Numbered from the stretch's first letter, positions 39,470 through 50,757 are shown. The stretch: DNA of 64,000 nucleotides from Candidatus Udaeobacter sp. (GCA_035473115.1 DATION010000005.1:86339-150338); one strand, 5' to 3'. Notes: generated from the letters alone by a model not told the origin. Numbers and translations are program-made.

Positions 39470-41263
39470 TTAAGGAGACATCTCAACTACGGCTTCGGCA
39501 TTTCCACTGACATCGACAGTGTCATTGGTGGAAGTGTAACCGGACCGAGATACATTTACAGTATACGTATCTGGCGATAAACCGCTAAAAAATATCTGTC
39601 CGGGAGGAATACAGCTGGTAATGTAAGTAAAAGCAACTTCCGAAAGAGTGGGAGTAAAAGAATTATTTGCTGTATTTAAAAATACCTTATATCTTAAATA
39701 CCGGTGGCCATTATGGCCGCTCCAAATTAGCGTGCTAGTCGGGGTATAATAAGTGTCGCTGGCGCCATCTGGTCCGCTAAAATCCCATTGGCTAGGGCTG
39801 CTGGAATTAGTGGAAGCCAATTGAAAAGTAATCGGGTTAACACCTGTCTCGGCAGGCTGAGATAAAGGCGAGAATACGATATTATTGAAATTTGCTGCCA
39901 CTCCCAAATCTATAGTGGCCGACTCTAACCAGCCGCTGCCCAAATAAATACTGCCAACTTTTTTTAATTTTAAATCTCCGTCCGGAAAATTATTTTCTAT
40001 ATTTCCATTGTCGGCAAAATATTGATCCTGATTAAGATAATCCACTTGTCCGGAACCACCGCTCCAATCAGTTTGACGCACAAAACCATAACCGGTTACT
40101 CGGCTTTCGTTATAGCCACTGCCAATAACCTGCACGGTAGCATCGGATAATGGCAAACCGGTACTAGCATCTTTTACTTCTACTAAAAGAGAATTAGCAG
40201 AATGCGGCTGCAAAATAATAGAGGCATTTTGGGTTAAACCAGGCGTCAAATCTATCGGCAATAACGGAGTAGATCCCCCGATAGTATAAGCGGGGCTAGT
40301 AACAGATACATGGTACTTATCCCACTCAAAATTTGAAAAGTTATAATCGCCGCTACTATTAGCGGTTAAATTTTTATTATACTTAAAAACATCCGGACCC
40401 GTACCGATTTTCTTTTCGCCTACTATATTAAACGGTACGCTGGCCACAGAAGCACAGGCCGGACTAATAAAATGCAATCCAAGAGAGCCTGTTTTATCTA
40501 TAGAAAAACTTAGGTCGGTAATCGCTTGACTAACCACATTGGCCGGAGGTTTAACTGGATTTGGTACATCTATACTTACCGGCACAGTATAATCTGAAGA
40601 ATACCCGGACTTGCTGATATTTATATGATAACTTAAAGTGCCGGTAGGAGTATCTATGATCCGTAAAAACCCATCACTATCGGTAACATCGCTAACAACA
40701 ACATTGGGAGTTTGAGCGGTATTAGTTACTGAAACATTAGCTCCAGCTACCGGCAAACCGTTATTATCAAACACTTGGATAAACAGTGCTCCGTTTTGAC
40801 TGGCACCTTCTAGTTGTTTAGGAGAGACAATTGTGCTTAAAATTACTGGCGTTTGCTGCAAACAGCCCAAACAGATGGCCGACATTTCCACCAATTTATA
40901 GTCTGCCGGCGCGGTATCGTTTGGCGTTCCGCCCAGAGTGCCATCAAACGGATCATCTATATTTCTGACGGTGGTAACTAAAGAAAAAATCTGACTATCG
41001 CGGATAGTGCTGGTTACTGCGGGCAGAACACCGCTAGGTATACCATTAATAATACCGACTTGATCATAAGGAAGATTACGAGCTACTTCTAGCCGCTCAG
41101 CCAAAAGCGCAGTTTCCAAAATTTTCATGCGCGACTGATAAACAACTTTAAACACCAAGCTGATGCCAGAGTAAATTCCTAAAGCAAATAACAAAAAAAT
41201 AGCCGAGGCCATTATTACCTCTAGAAGGGTAAAACCTTTTTTGTTTAAAAAAAGTTTATTCAT
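39470..41263 (-). CDS. Large (597 aa) prepilin-type minor pilin / pilus-tip protein
   Basis: KKG|FTLLEVIMASAIF prepilin motif. Beta-rich Thr/Ser/Asn-rich C-terminal domains. Confidence 0.6.
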   Translation of the reverse strand: MNKLFLNKKGFTLLEVIMASAIFLLFALGIYSGISLVFKVVYQSRMKILETALLAERLEVARNLPYDQVGIINGIPSGVLPAVTSTIRDSQIFSLVTTVRNIDDPFDGTLGGTPNDTAPADYKLVEMSAICLGCLQQTPVILSTIVSPKQLEGASQNGALFIQVFDNNGLPVAGANVSVTNTAQTPNVVVSDVTDSDGFLRIIDTPTGTLSYHINISKSGYSSDYTVPVSIDVPNPVKPPANVVSQAITDLSFSIDKTGSLGLHFISPACASVASVPFNIVGEKKIGTGPDVFKYNKNLTANSSGDYNFSNFEWDKYHVSVTSPAYTIGGSTPLLPIDLTPGLTQNASIILQPHSANSLLVEVKDASTGLPLSDATVQVIGSGYNESRVTGYGFVRQTDWSGGSGQVDYLNQDQYFADNGNIENNFPDGDLKLKKVGSIYLGSGWLESATIDLGVAANFNNIVFSPLSQPAETGVNPITFQLASTNSSSPSQWDFSGPDGASDTYYTPTSTLIWSGHNGHRYLRYKVFLNTANNSFTPTLSEVAFTYITSCIPPGQIFFSGLSPDTYTVNVSRSGYTSTNDTVDVSGNAEAVVEMSP

Positions 41264-41354
41264 TATTTATATTATACCATAACTTAACAAGTAAAAAAAT
41301 AATCCCAAAAACATTTTCTGAGACGAAGTTTAATCAGCGCGATAAACAGCAAAT

Positions 41355-41723
41355 TTATTCTAAGTAGGCCTTATTGGCGATAAGCGAGAGTAATTCTTTT
41401 ACTCTACTTTGACCATCTGTTTCGGTTTTGGCGGCCAAAAAAGCATTCCATGTTTGGGTGAGAGATTCGTCATGGATATCGGCAACTGCGTTTTGCAATT
41501 CAACTCTGGTATTAAAATCTACAGCTCCGTTGGCATTTAAAACTTTATCGATAAATAATTTTTGAAATGCCAGGATCTTTTTATTATGAACAGTCCTTGA
41601 AAGCTGGTTTTGAGCTATATCTAATTGTGATTTTTTGGACGCAAATTCAATCCCCCAAACGATATTGGACGCTAACAAAAGAAAGATAACAAATAAGGTC
41701 GTCTTGTTAAAATAATTCATCAT
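41355..41723 (-). CDS. Hypothetical small membrane-anchored protein
   Basis: Single N-terminal TM segment, 122 aa, no recognisable motif. Confidence 0.4.
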   Translation of the reverse strand: MMNYFNKTTLFVIFLLLASNIVWGIEFASKKSQLDIAQNQLSRTVHNKKILAFQKLFIDKVLNANGAVDFNTRVELQNAVADIHDESLTQTWNAFLAAKTETDGQSRVKELLSLIANKAYLE

Positions 41724-41742
41724 ATTTATATTAAAGAATATT

Positions 41743-44700
41743 TTATTTAACTGGTAATGTTTTTCTGGATCGGCGACCTTTTATAAAATCAACCAAAAGA
41801 GCTATGCCAAAAATTATAATGATTAGCATCTTCCAATCAATAAATGTTTTGTACCACTGCCTAATTTCTATCATCTCAATATTAAAATGAACTCCTGCTC
41901 CTTCTTTAACATCAAACTGATCACTCTTATAGGATTTATACCCTTTGGCTTCGGCAGTTATATAATACTTACCCGGCGGAACTAAAAATGAATATTTGCC
42001 GGTATTGTCGGTAATTTGCGGATTGGTTTGGTGATATTTTGCCGCATCCCAAAGAGACGGAGAGTCATTTATAATATTAACTAACGACACCTTAACATTA
42101 TCCAATCTAACCTCTTTGCCTTGAGGATTTTTTTCATAAACATAGCCTTCGGGATCAACTACTGTAATCATTCGCAATTCCTTTGATCCTTTCTCTTTAT
42201 CTTTATAATTTATAACCGTAAGTACTTCATATTCTCCTTCTACTTCTGGCGCAGGAATTTCCGCTGTAAATATTCCATCATGATCCGGATCGGTATATTC
42301 AAATGAAAGAACGAGCAACTCCTGTTCGACTGTCGTTGTCGCCGGCAAAGTTTGCGCTATAGCAGCCTTAACAAAAAGTGCCTTGGCAACTAAAGAATTA
42401 ACCGGGACTTCCAATGCTGTCTTTTCCGGTTTGCGTTTAAAAAGCAGATAACCTTTAATACTTTCGGCAGGGCTTTCCGGCTTTACAGACAGAACAATAG
42501 GCTTACCGGCAATTGTTTCTATTTTTTGTTCTATCTCTCCTTTGGAAGTTAAAGCGATAGACGAGCTTAGAGGAATAAGCCCTTGGCTTCCTTCTGCCAC
42601 CAAAACTTCCGGAGGAATTTTTTCTTTTTCAGTAAATACAGGCAGATTAATACTTGTGTTCTTTAATTTATCCAAGTCACTTATTTTTGTAATTCCAAGA
42701 TTGGCAAAGACTTTGCCGAGCTCCGGAAACTCCGTAGTTAATTTTAAAATATTACTTGGCAACGGAGCAAGAGAAAAATTATAAGCTGTGCTGCTTGATA
42801 GCAGATTCCAGCTTCCTTCCAAAGCTTGCGGCGGTTCCTCTTTGACTACGGGAATTACGGGCTGTTCTAATTCCGGTTTAGGTTCGGGAATTTTAATAAT
42901 ACTACGAATTAAATTTCCAATAAAACCTGTCTTTGTGTTTTGTGGCGGCAGCTGAGGCAGAGAGGAAGAATACACTACTTTGGAAGTGAGTGTTTCTCCA
43001 CAGCGAGAATATTGATTACAGAATTTTACATAAAATGTTTTTTCTCCTACTCCGCCTTGAAGAACCCAGTTAACAGAATCTACATAATCAATATAGGCTG
43101 CCGGAACAAACAAAGAATTATCAGAAATTTCTATTTTCGTAGCATCCTGTCCTCCTCCAAAATGGAAGGTAACCAAGCCATTTGTCGTTGGATTTGGAGT
43201 TATATAAAATATATATCCGCCTTCGGGAGCGCGCGGCGACGGCGGAGTAAATCCGCCACTTCCTCCGCCAACCGACGATGGGGTTGAAACAGGACAAGCC
43301 GCAGTAGTAAATGTCTGATCGCTGCCATATCCTATGCCCGCGCTGTTTCTGGCATAGCTTCGGAAGTGATACTGGGTATCACAAATTAAGGCTGAAAGCG
43401 AAGCGCTAAAAGATCCTGCGCTGTGCGAACCAGATTCGGTTGTGGTTGCATCATAGGCAATAGTATGTCCCCATTCAAATCCGCGAACACTGGCATTTTC
43501 ACCGCCAGTACCATCAATTGAGCCATTTAAAGTGGCAGCTGAATCTGTGACTCCAGACGCAGCCGAAGTAGTTAGAACAGGTGTAGAGGTAGGCAAGGTT
43601 GTAGTTGATTGAATTGATCCATATCCTATTCCAGTTGAGTTTATGGCATAGGCTCGGAAATAATAAGTCGTACTTGGTGAAAGACCGGTAATGCCTTCGC
43701 TAAATGAAGCTGTTCCAGATTGCGCTCCAAGAGTGGAAGTCGCGATTGTTGTGGCTAGTGTAGGTGAGGTTCCATAGGCAAAACCGGATTGGGTCGCATC
43801 AGCTCCGCCAGTGGCAGTAATAGAACCATTTAATGTCAAAGTCGAAGCAGTAACAGAAGAAGCTGGAGAAGTAGTAACTGTCGGCACACAGGCGCTGGTA
43901 GTAAAGGTTACATCAGACCCATACGAAGTGCTTACTGGGTTAGTGGCGTAAGCATTTACATGATAAAGGGTGTTGCAAGTAAGCGAAGTGATTGAACCGG
44001 TAAACGCCCCTGTTGAAAAAGAACCACTTTCAGTTGTGGTTGATCCATAAGAAATACTGGTGCCATAAACAAAACCACGCACAGTCACATTGGCTCCGCC
44101 AGTGGCAGTAATATTTCCATTGCCCGTTGCGGCAGTCGCAGCAATCGCTGAAACTGATTGAGTGGTAACAGTTGGACTGATTGAAATTGTAATAGATAAA
44201 CTTCCCGAATCAGTAGAAGTATTGGCAGCCGCATCAACTTGGAAAGCTTTTATTGAGTGCGAACCTTGCGAGAGCGCGGATGAAGTAACCGTCACTATAC
44301 TGGAAGCACAAGTGCCTGTACCCAAAACAGTGGAGCTTTCTGCCAGAGAAACAGTTGCTCCGCTTTCACAAGAGATAACAAAACTAGGTGTTGTATTAGA
44401 AGTAATATCATCAGTTGAAGATGAGCCGTTATCAGTGCTGGTTGTCATATTAGGAGTGCCCGGGGCTGAAGGCGCGGCAGTATCAATGGTAAAAGCAGTG
44501 ACAGAAAGAGGTGTGGATGTATTGCCCGTAGTGTCGGTAACACTAATCGTACAGTTAGAATGAGTACCATCAGAGAGGGAAGCAAATGTAATTGTGCTTG
44601 TGCCGGCTGAAGTGGAAGTTGTGACGCTGCTGCAGTCACCTCCATAAGTAATTGTCCCGGCTTCGTTTGTATTAAAAATATAATTTGGAGTACTATCATT

Positions 44701-46383
44701 TGTTGGAGTAGTAACCGGAGTAACTTCAGAAACAGTTGGCGGCGTGTTATCAAATGTAACAGCAGTGCTTGTTACTGGATTAGCCAAATTTCCGAAAGCA
44801 TCCTGTCCAGCCAAAACAAAAGTGTACACTGCGCCAGAAACTAAATTTGAAACATCAGCAGTACAACTATTGGTCGTGTCGGAAAGATTTATGGTATGAG
44901 AACCAACATTTAGAGCAGTGCCTTTCAGTACACAGACATGTGGTGAGTTTGAATCGGTTGTGCCAGAAGTGCGGGTGATGGTAGTTGTTCCACTTGCCAA
45001 TGCTTCATCAGTAGTGAAGGTAATTGCTGAAGATGAGGTAACATTTCTGATAAAACTTGAAGAAGCTGGTGTAAAAGCAGAAAAAATCGGAGAAGTTGTA
45101 TCTGTCAACTCAGCGCCAACCGTATAAAAAGTTGATGGTGAATTTTGGTTATTATACTCAGTAGCAATCCAATCAGAGCTGCGCGCAAAATTTGAAATTC
45201 TAAACTCATCCAAACTGCCTGTAAATGGATCGGTAACTCCGGCGCTGGTAAAAGCGCCTAAGGCAGCAGGGTCGGTAAAAAAAGTAAAGGTATTTGCGTT
45301 ATTAACATTGGTTGACGAAGCTACCACAACTCCATCTACATATAGAAAAGCGGATGTTCCAGTAACAGTACCTTCAAGCAAATGGAAATTCCCATCGGCT
45401 ATTGAAGTAGCGCTTTTGATTATGGAAAAAGCATTGGAACCATCTCGATAGCTGAACGCTGGTTTTCCATCATTTGCGTCTCCAGCGCTAGCATCTCCAC
45501 CTATCATAAATGTTGCTTGAGAGGAGTTTGAGACTCGATATAAAGCCATTGCCCGCTGCTCATGAGTATTAGTTGTAGAAATCCAAAGAGCGTAAGTTGC
45601 TTGATTAGTAAGTCCAAAACTATTTGAAGCTGGCAAATCAATATAAGTAGCTGATCCGGCTGAAGTTGCAGCAGCACCATCAAAACGCGCGCCGCCATCT
45701 ATTTTTCCGGCAACAGGTAAGCTGTTATGATTAGTAGCATTTTTGGCGTTACTAGTAGAATCATTTGTAGTTAAAGCTGTGCCGTTTGGCAAATGATATA
45801 CTGCTTTGTAGCCACTATCCCAAACCAAAGTTGAAGAAGATTGGTCCGTGCTAATACTTGAATTACCATAACATAAATAGAAAACCGTATCAGAAGTATG
45901 AGAAAGAGAGCTAACTTTTACCCAATAACTAACTGCTCCGGTTGTAGATGTATAGGTCTCTGTTTCCCAAGACATCTTATTAGTGGTGCTGCAATCGCTG
46001 CTTGTAAAAAATCCAATATCATAACCGGAAGAATTTCTCACCAGCCCACCATTGGCGGTAGTTTTCAGATAGGTATACGTACCGCTGACTAAAACTGGGA
46101 AATTAGACTGATCGGTATTTGGTACCTTGGTGTGGTCGATAGTTATGGAACGAGAATAAAAGAAGCCATTGCCAAAAGCTTTAACTTGACCAGGTCCGAT
46201 TATAAACAGACTAAGTGCCAGCTGTGTAAAAAATAAAATAACTATGGAAACAGAAAAATGTTTTTTAGATATAAAAAAGTACCATATAAAAATAAAGGTA
46301 TGATATATTTTTTTTAAAAATACAAAAATTGAAGAGCGCCACCTGCTCTTTTTTTCGATTCCACTCCTAAAATTTAAAGCCAT
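41743..46383 (-). CDS. Giant (1546 aa) cell-surface protein with LamG/concanavalin-like and Fn3/Ig-like repeat composition and a C-terminal TM anchor
   Basis: N-terminal TM or signal segment, long Thr/Ser-rich repeat region, C-terminal MLIIIIFGIALLV-KGRRSRK anchor. Confidence 0.6.
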   Translation of the reverse strand: MALNFRSGIEKKSRWRSSIFVFLKKIYHTFIFIWYFFISKKHFSVSIVILFFTQLALSLFIIGPGQVKAFGNGFFYSRSITIDHTKVPNTDQSNFPVLVSGTYTYLKTTANGGLVRNSSGYDIGFFTSSDCSTTNKMSWETETYTSTTGAVSYWVKVSSLSHTSDTVFYLCYGNSSISTDQSSSTLVWDSGYKAVYHLPNGTALTTNDSTSNAKNATNHNSLPVAGKIDGGARFDGAAATSAGSATYIDLPASNSFGLTNQATYALWISTTNTHEQRAMALYRVSNSSQATFMIGGDASAGDANDGKPAFSYRDGSNAFSIIKSATSIADGNFHLLEGTVTGTSAFLYVDGVVVASSTNVNNANTFTFFTDPAALGAFTSAGVTDPFTGSLDEFRISNFARSSDWIATEYNNQNSPSTFYTVGAELTDTTSPIFSAFTPASSSFIRNVTSSSAITFTTDEALASGTTTITRTSGTTDSNSPHVCVLKGTALNVGSHTINLSDTTNSCTADVSNLVSGAVYTFVLAGQDAFGNLANPVTSTAVTFDNTPPTVSEVTPVTTPTNDSTPNYIFNTNEAGTITYGGDCSSVTTSTSAGTSTITFASLSDGTHSNCTISVTDTTGNTSTPLSVTAFTIDTAAPSAPGTPNMTTSTDNGSSSTDDITSNTTPSFVISCESGATVSLAESSTVLGTGTCASSIVTVTSSALSQGSHSIKAFQVDAAANTSTDSGSLSITISISPTVTTQSVSAIAATAATGNGNITATGGANVTVRGFVYGTSISYGSTTTESGSFSTGAFTGSITSLTCNTLYHVNAYATNPVSTSYGSDVTFTTSACVPTVTTSPASSVTASTLTLNGSITATGGADATQSGFAYGTSPTLATTIATSTLGAQSGTASFSEGITGLSPSTTYYFRAYAINSTGIGYGSIQSTTTLPTSTPVLTTSAASGVTDSAATLNGSIDGTGGENASVRGFEWGHTIAYDATTTESGSHSAGSFSASLSALICDTQYHFRSYARNSAGIGYGSDQTFTTAACPVSTPSSVGGGSGGFTPPSPRAPEGGYIFYITPNPTTNGLVTFHFGGGQDATKIEISDNSLFVPAAYIDYVDSVNWVLQGGVGEKTFYVKFCNQYSRCGETLTSKVVYSSSLPQLPPQNTKTGFIGNLIRSIIKIPEPKPELEQPVIPVVKEEPPQALEGSWNLLSSSTAYNFSLAPLPSNILKLTTEFPELGKVFANLGITKISDLDKLKNTSINLPVFTEKEKIPPEVLVAEGSQGLIPLSSSIALTSKGEIEQKIETIAGKPIVLSVKPESPAESIKGYLLFKRKPEKTALEVPVNSLVAKALFVKAAIAQTLPATTTVEQELLVLSFEYTDPDHDGIFTAEIPAPEVEGEYEVLTVINYKDKEKGSKELRMITVVDPEGYVYEKNPQGKEVRLDNVKVSLVNIINDSPSLWDAAKYHQTNPQITDNTGKYSFLVPPGKYYITAEAKGYKSYKSDQFDVKEGAGVHFNIEMIEIRQWYKTFIDWKMLIIIIFGIALLVDFIKGRRSRKTLPVK

Positions 46384-46520
46384 ACATTCAAACTATCCTA
46401 CGGATAGGATAACATCATTTGCATAGTCAGGCTAAATGATCTCTGACCTGCTTAAAATTATACCACATAATAAAAGAACAAAAAAATAACCCCGCTAATT
46501 TGGAGTTATTTTTTATTAAG

Positions 46521-46604
46521 TGGTGCCCAGGGCGGGACTCGAACCCGCATGACCGAAGTCGCAGGATTTTAAGTCCTGTGCGGCTACCATTACGCCACCT
46601 GGGC
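46521..46604 (-). tRNA. tRNA-Leu (anticodon TAA), CCA encoded
   Basis: Anticodon arm CAGGA-CTTAAAA-TCCTG, long variable arm, T-arm GCGGG-TTCGAGT-CCCGC. Confidence 0.85.
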
Positions 46605-46654
46605 GTTAAAAGGTAAAAAAATATTATCATTATTGCCAAAAAAAATCAACCCCC

Positions 46655-47200
46655 TTAAACAATTATCTCTTCCTGTTTGTCTCTATAGTTTTCTCGCCGA
46701 GCGGCGGCAAACAAAAAATCACTCAGACGATTTAAATAAATATAAAGCTCCAAACGCAAGCTAAGATTCTGTCCGACCGCTACTAATTTTCTTTCCACTC
46801 GCCGGCAGACCACTCGCGCCAAATGCAAATTAGCTCCAGCGGCCGCACCGCCCGGCAGGATAAAATTTTTTAACTCAGGTAATTCCTGCCAAAACTCATC
46901 AATCAATTTTTCCATCTCTTCCACTCGGCTAAAATTTAATTTCGCTATTTTTTCTTGTACTGCCAGTGGCGCTTGCAAAGCAGCCAGTTCGGCGCCAAAT
47001 TTAAATAAATCGCGTTGAATATCTTGCAAAAATAATTTTAATTTTTCTTCTTTGATAAATAAAATCGATACGCCCAAAAAAGCGTTTAGTTCATCTACTT
47101 CGCCGATCAACTCTATTTCCAGACTATTTTTACTAACTCTTTTACCACCCAACAAACCAGTCTCTCCTTTATCTCCGGTTTTGGTATAAATTTTTATCAT
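46655..47200 (-). CDS. PduO-type ATP:cob(I)alamin adenosyltransferase
   Basis: N-terminal IYTKTGDKGETGL motif of the PduO/MMAB family. Confidence 0.8.
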   Translation of the reverse strand: MIKIYTKTGDKGETGLLGGKRVSKNSLEIELIGEVDELNAFLGVSILFIKEEKLKLFLQDIQRDLFKFGAELAALQAPLAVQEKIAKLNFSRVEEMEKLIDEFWQELPELKNFILPGGAAAGANLHLARVVCRRVERKLVAVGQNLSLRLELYIYLNRLSDFLFAAARRENYRDKQEEIIV

Positions 47201-47280
47201 ACTACAACTATTTTATTTTTTGTCTCTAGCAATTATAAAGGGTGAGAATCAACTCACCCTTTATCTCTGCAATGTTACTT

Positions 47281-50200
47281 TTAGCTGCAACCGGTAGTGC
47301 TGCCGCAGTTTAAACATTTATAACAACTGCCGCTGCGAATCGTGATATGGCCACAAGTTCCGCAAGCCGGCGCGTCACCCATCATACTGGACAACTGTTT
47401 GCCAACTGCATCGGCGCTGACATCTTTGCCTGATTCTATTTTTGGCATATTAGGCAAACTGGTTTGAGTCTCAATTTTTTTTTCTACTTGATCTCCCAAA
47501 GGCATCACATTTTGCCCGCTAGCTTTGGCTGCCATCTGATCAACTTGTTCAGCTTTATTTTTTTGAATACCCATTGGCTTTACTTGCACAAAATCTGTCC
47601 GACCTAAATATTCCATTCCCAGTACTCGGAAAACAAAATCAATAATGGATGTGCATAATTTAACATTTGGATGATCAGTCATGCCGCTTGGTTCAAAGCG
47701 AGTAAAAGTAAACTTTTCAACATATTCTTCTAAAGGCACACCATACTGTAAACCGGTAGAGATAGAAATAGCAAATAAGTTTAGCATGCTGCGGAAAGCG
47801 GCGCCTTCTTTGTGCATATCAATAAATATTTCACCCAGTTTTCCATCCGGATATTCACCCGCTCGCAAAAATACGCTCTGTCCGGCCACTTTTGTTTTAA
47901 TGGTAATGCCACTGCGCTTGTACGGCAATTTGCGCTGCTCGCCATGCACATAGATACGGTTGCCATTATCTGATCCATCGTGGTTATACTTCATTACTGC
48001 CCGGCCATCATCCACTAATTGGTTTACGACTGTTTCATTTTTCGTTGATAAGCTATAACCCTTGGTAATTTCTTCTTTGGCTGTGGCCACTGCGGAATCA
48101 ATTTTATTTTCCACAACTTCTTTCTCTGTTGATTTAGCTTCCGTCTTGTCTTCTTTTTTCTTATCTGATTTTGCCGACAATGGCTGTGATAATTTACTGC
48201 CATCACGATACAGAGCCATGGCTTTGAGAGCTAATTTCCAAGAAGCGACATAGGCTGTCTTTACATCTTCTAAAGTCGCTTCATTTGGCATGTTGATAGT
48301 TTTGGAAATAGCGCCAGATAAAAATGGCTGCACTGCGGCCATCATGCGAATATGTCCCAAGAAATGAATATAGCGCTGGCCTTTCTTGCCGTTTTTATTA
48401 GCAGTATCAAACACTGCATAATGTTCCTTGCGCAGATGCGGCGCGCCTTCGATGGTCATTGCTCCGCAAACAAATTCATTGGCTGCCAAAATTTCTTCAT
48501 TGTTAAAACCAAGAGCAGATAACAGATTAAAGTTTGGATCATTATACTGTTCACTAGAAAAACCTAGACGAGTTAAACAGTCTTCACCCAAAGTCCAAAC
48601 ATTAAATGCAAAGGCCAATTCAAAAACTTTAGACAGCGCTTTTTCCACTTTATCCAAATCTTCGGCAGTGAACCCTTTGGTCTGCAAAGTTTGATGATTG
48701 ATATATGGCGCGTTTTTTAAGGTTGCATGACCGCGTAAATAATTAATAATGTCATTAATTTGAGTTTCAGTATAACCCATTACTCTTAAAGCTACCGGCA
48801 CAGCTTCATTAACAATTTTGAAGTAACCGCCACCAGCTAATTTTTTGAATTTTACCAAAGCAAAATCCGGTTCAACTCCGGTAGTAGCGCAATCCATCAA
48901 TAAACCAATCGTACCAGTAGGAGCTAGTAGTGTAGTTTGAGCATTGCGATAGCCGTACTGTTCTCCCATTTCCAAAGCTTTATTCCAGCTTTCGCGAGCA
49001 GCCACCAGTAAATAGGCCGGCACAAATTCTGGATTAATTCCCATTGGTTTGACTGCCAAACCTTCATACTCTTCATCATCGGCATTGAATGCAGCCCGGC
49101 GATGGTTACGCATGACTCGCAACATATCTTCACGGTTTTTAGAGTACTCAGCAAACGCACCTAAAAACTTAGCCATTTCAGCTGAAGTGGCATAAGATTC
49201 TGCAGTCATAATAGCAGTAATAGTAGCCGCAAAAGCCATTGCTTCCGGAGAATCATAAGGAATACCAGCGGTCATCAGCACACTGCCGATGTTGGCGTAA
49301 CCTAACCCTAAAGTGCGGAAGAGATAACTGTTCTGAGCAATTTCCGGACTAGGAAATTGAGCCATCAAAATACTAATTTCTAAAACAACAGTCCAAACTC
49401 TGGTAGTGTATTTGAAATCTTCAACATCAAAACTTAAATTTTCCGTATCATAATAATGTCCGAGATTTATAGAAGCCAAATTGCAGGCAGTATCATCTAA
49501 GAACATATACTCACTGCAAGGATTGGAGGCATTAATGCTGCCAGATTTTGGACAAGTATGCCAATCATTTATATTGGTATCAAACTGCACGCCCGGATCA
49601 GCGCAAGCCCAAGCCGCGCTGGCAATTTTATCCCACAAATATTTAGCTGGCACAGTTTTAATTATTTTTCCATCTTTACGGCCAGTGAGATTCCAATCTT
49701 TGTTATTTTCTACCGCTTCTAAATAACTTTGAGTAACACGAATAGAATTGTTGGAATTTTGTCCGGAAACTGTTTGGTAGGCTTCGCCTTCATAACTAGA
49801 TTCATAACCAGCCGCAATTAAAGCAGCCACTTTTCTTTCTTCTTTTACTTTCCAATCAATAAATTCTTCGATATCCGGATGGTCAACATTTAATACCACC
49901 ATCTTGGCCGCGCGACGAGTTGTACCGCCTGATTTGATGGCGCCGGCAGCGCGATCACCAATTCTTAACCAACTCATTAAACCAGAAGAAGTGCCGCCGC
50001 CGGAAAGTTTTTCACCAGCCCCGCGTAAGTTAGAAAAATTAGTGCCAGTACCGCTGCCATATTTAAATAATCTGGCTTCACGAACCCATAAATCCATAAT
50101 ACCGCCTGTGTTTACCAAATCATCTTTAACAGACTGGATAAAACAGGCGTGCGGCTGCGGATGAGAATAAGAGTCGGTGGCCGCAGTTAAGACTCCGTTA

Positions 50201-50757
50201 TCCGGATTAACATAATAATGACCTTGAGAAGGACCGTTAATGCCATAAGCCCAGTACAGACCGGTATTAAACCACTGCGGAGAGTTTGGGGCCACGCGTT
50301 GAGAAATTAACATGAAAACTAATTCATCATAAAAAACTTGCGCGTCTTGAGCACTGGCAAAATAACCATATTTTTCTCCCCAATAACGCCAGGTACCGGC
50401 CAAACGATGAGCTACTTGCTTCATACTGTGTTCCGGACCAAGCACCGGCTTGCCGTCAGCGGTAAGCTGCGGAGTGCCGTCGGCATTGTATTGAGGTACG
50501 CCGGCTTTGCGGAAATATTTTTGCGCCAAAATATCGGTGGCCACCTGAGTCCAAGTGTTAGGCACTTCAACTTCTTTCATTTCGAACACAATCTTACCAT
50601 TTGGTTCGCGAATTACCGATGAACGCAGTTCATAGATAAACATATCAAACGGACTAACACCTTCTTTAGTAAAAAGCCTAGAAAAACGCAACCCTTCCGG
50701 AGAGTATTTAAAATTATTGTCTAAGATAAATGTCTTGGTTGCAAGGGCGGTGTTCAT
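47281..50757 (-). CDS. nrdJ: Class II (adenosylcobalamin-dependent) ribonucleotide reductase with a C-terminal Cys-rich zinc ribbon
   Basis: 1158-aa RNR class II architecture. C-terminal CGTCGH...CYKCLNCGSTTGC. Confidence 0.85.
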   Translation of the reverse strand: MNTALATKTFILDNNFKYSPEGLRFSRLFTKEGVSPFDMFIYELRSSVIREPNGKIVFEMKEVEVPNTWTQVATDILAQKYFRKAGVPQYNADGTPQLTADGKPVLGPEHSMKQVAHRLAGTWRYWGEKYGYFASAQDAQVFYDELVFMLISQRVAPNSPQWFNTGLYWAYGINGPSQGHYYVNPDNGVLTAATDSYSHPQPHACFIQSVKDDLVNTGGIMDLWVREARLFKYGSGTGTNFSNLRGAGEKLSGGGTSSGLMSWLRIGDRAAGAIKSGGTTRRAAKMVVLNVDHPDIEEFIDWKVKEERKVAALIAAGYESSYEGEAYQTVSGQNSNNSIRVTQSYLEAVENNKDWNLTGRKDGKIIKTVPAKYLWDKIASAAWACADPGVQFDTNINDWHTCPKSGSINASNPCSEYMFLDDTACNLASINLGHYYDTENLSFDVEDFKYTTRVWTVVLEISILMAQFPSPEIAQNSYLFRTLGLGYANIGSVLMTAGIPYDSPEAMAFAATITAIMTAESYATSAEMAKFLGAFAEYSKNREDMLRVMRNHRRAAFNADDEEYEGLAVKPMGINPEFVPAYLLVAARESWNKALEMGEQYGYRNAQTTLLAPTGTIGLLMDCATTGVEPDFALVKFKKLAGGGYFKIVNEAVPVALRVMGYTETQINDIINYLRGHATLKNAPYINHQTLQTKGFTAEDLDKVEKALSKVFELAFAFNVWTLGEDCLTRLGFSSEQYNDPNFNLLSALGFNNEEILAANEFVCGAMTIEGAPHLRKEHYAVFDTANKNGKKGQRYIHFLGHIRMMAAVQPFLSGAISKTINMPNEATLEDVKTAYVASWKLALKAMALYRDGSKLSQPLSAKSDKKKEDKTEAKSTEKEVVENKIDSAVATAKEEITKGYSLSTKNETVVNQLVDDGRAVMKYNHDGSDNGNRIYVHGEQRKLPYKRSGITIKTKVAGQSVFLRAGEYPDGKLGEIFIDMHKEGAAFRSMLNLFAISISTGLQYGVPLEEYVEKFTFTRFEPSGMTDHPNVKLCTSIIDFVFRVLGMEYLGRTDFVQVKPMGIQKNKAEQVDQMAAKASGQNVMPLGDQVEKKIETQTSLPNMPKIESGKDVSADAVGKQLSSMMGDAPACGTCGHITIRSGSCYKCLNCGSTTGCS

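Noticed and set aside
46427-46639. 70-aa track ORF on the minus strand
   Set aside because: It completely overlaps tRNA-Leu(TAA) and its flanks.
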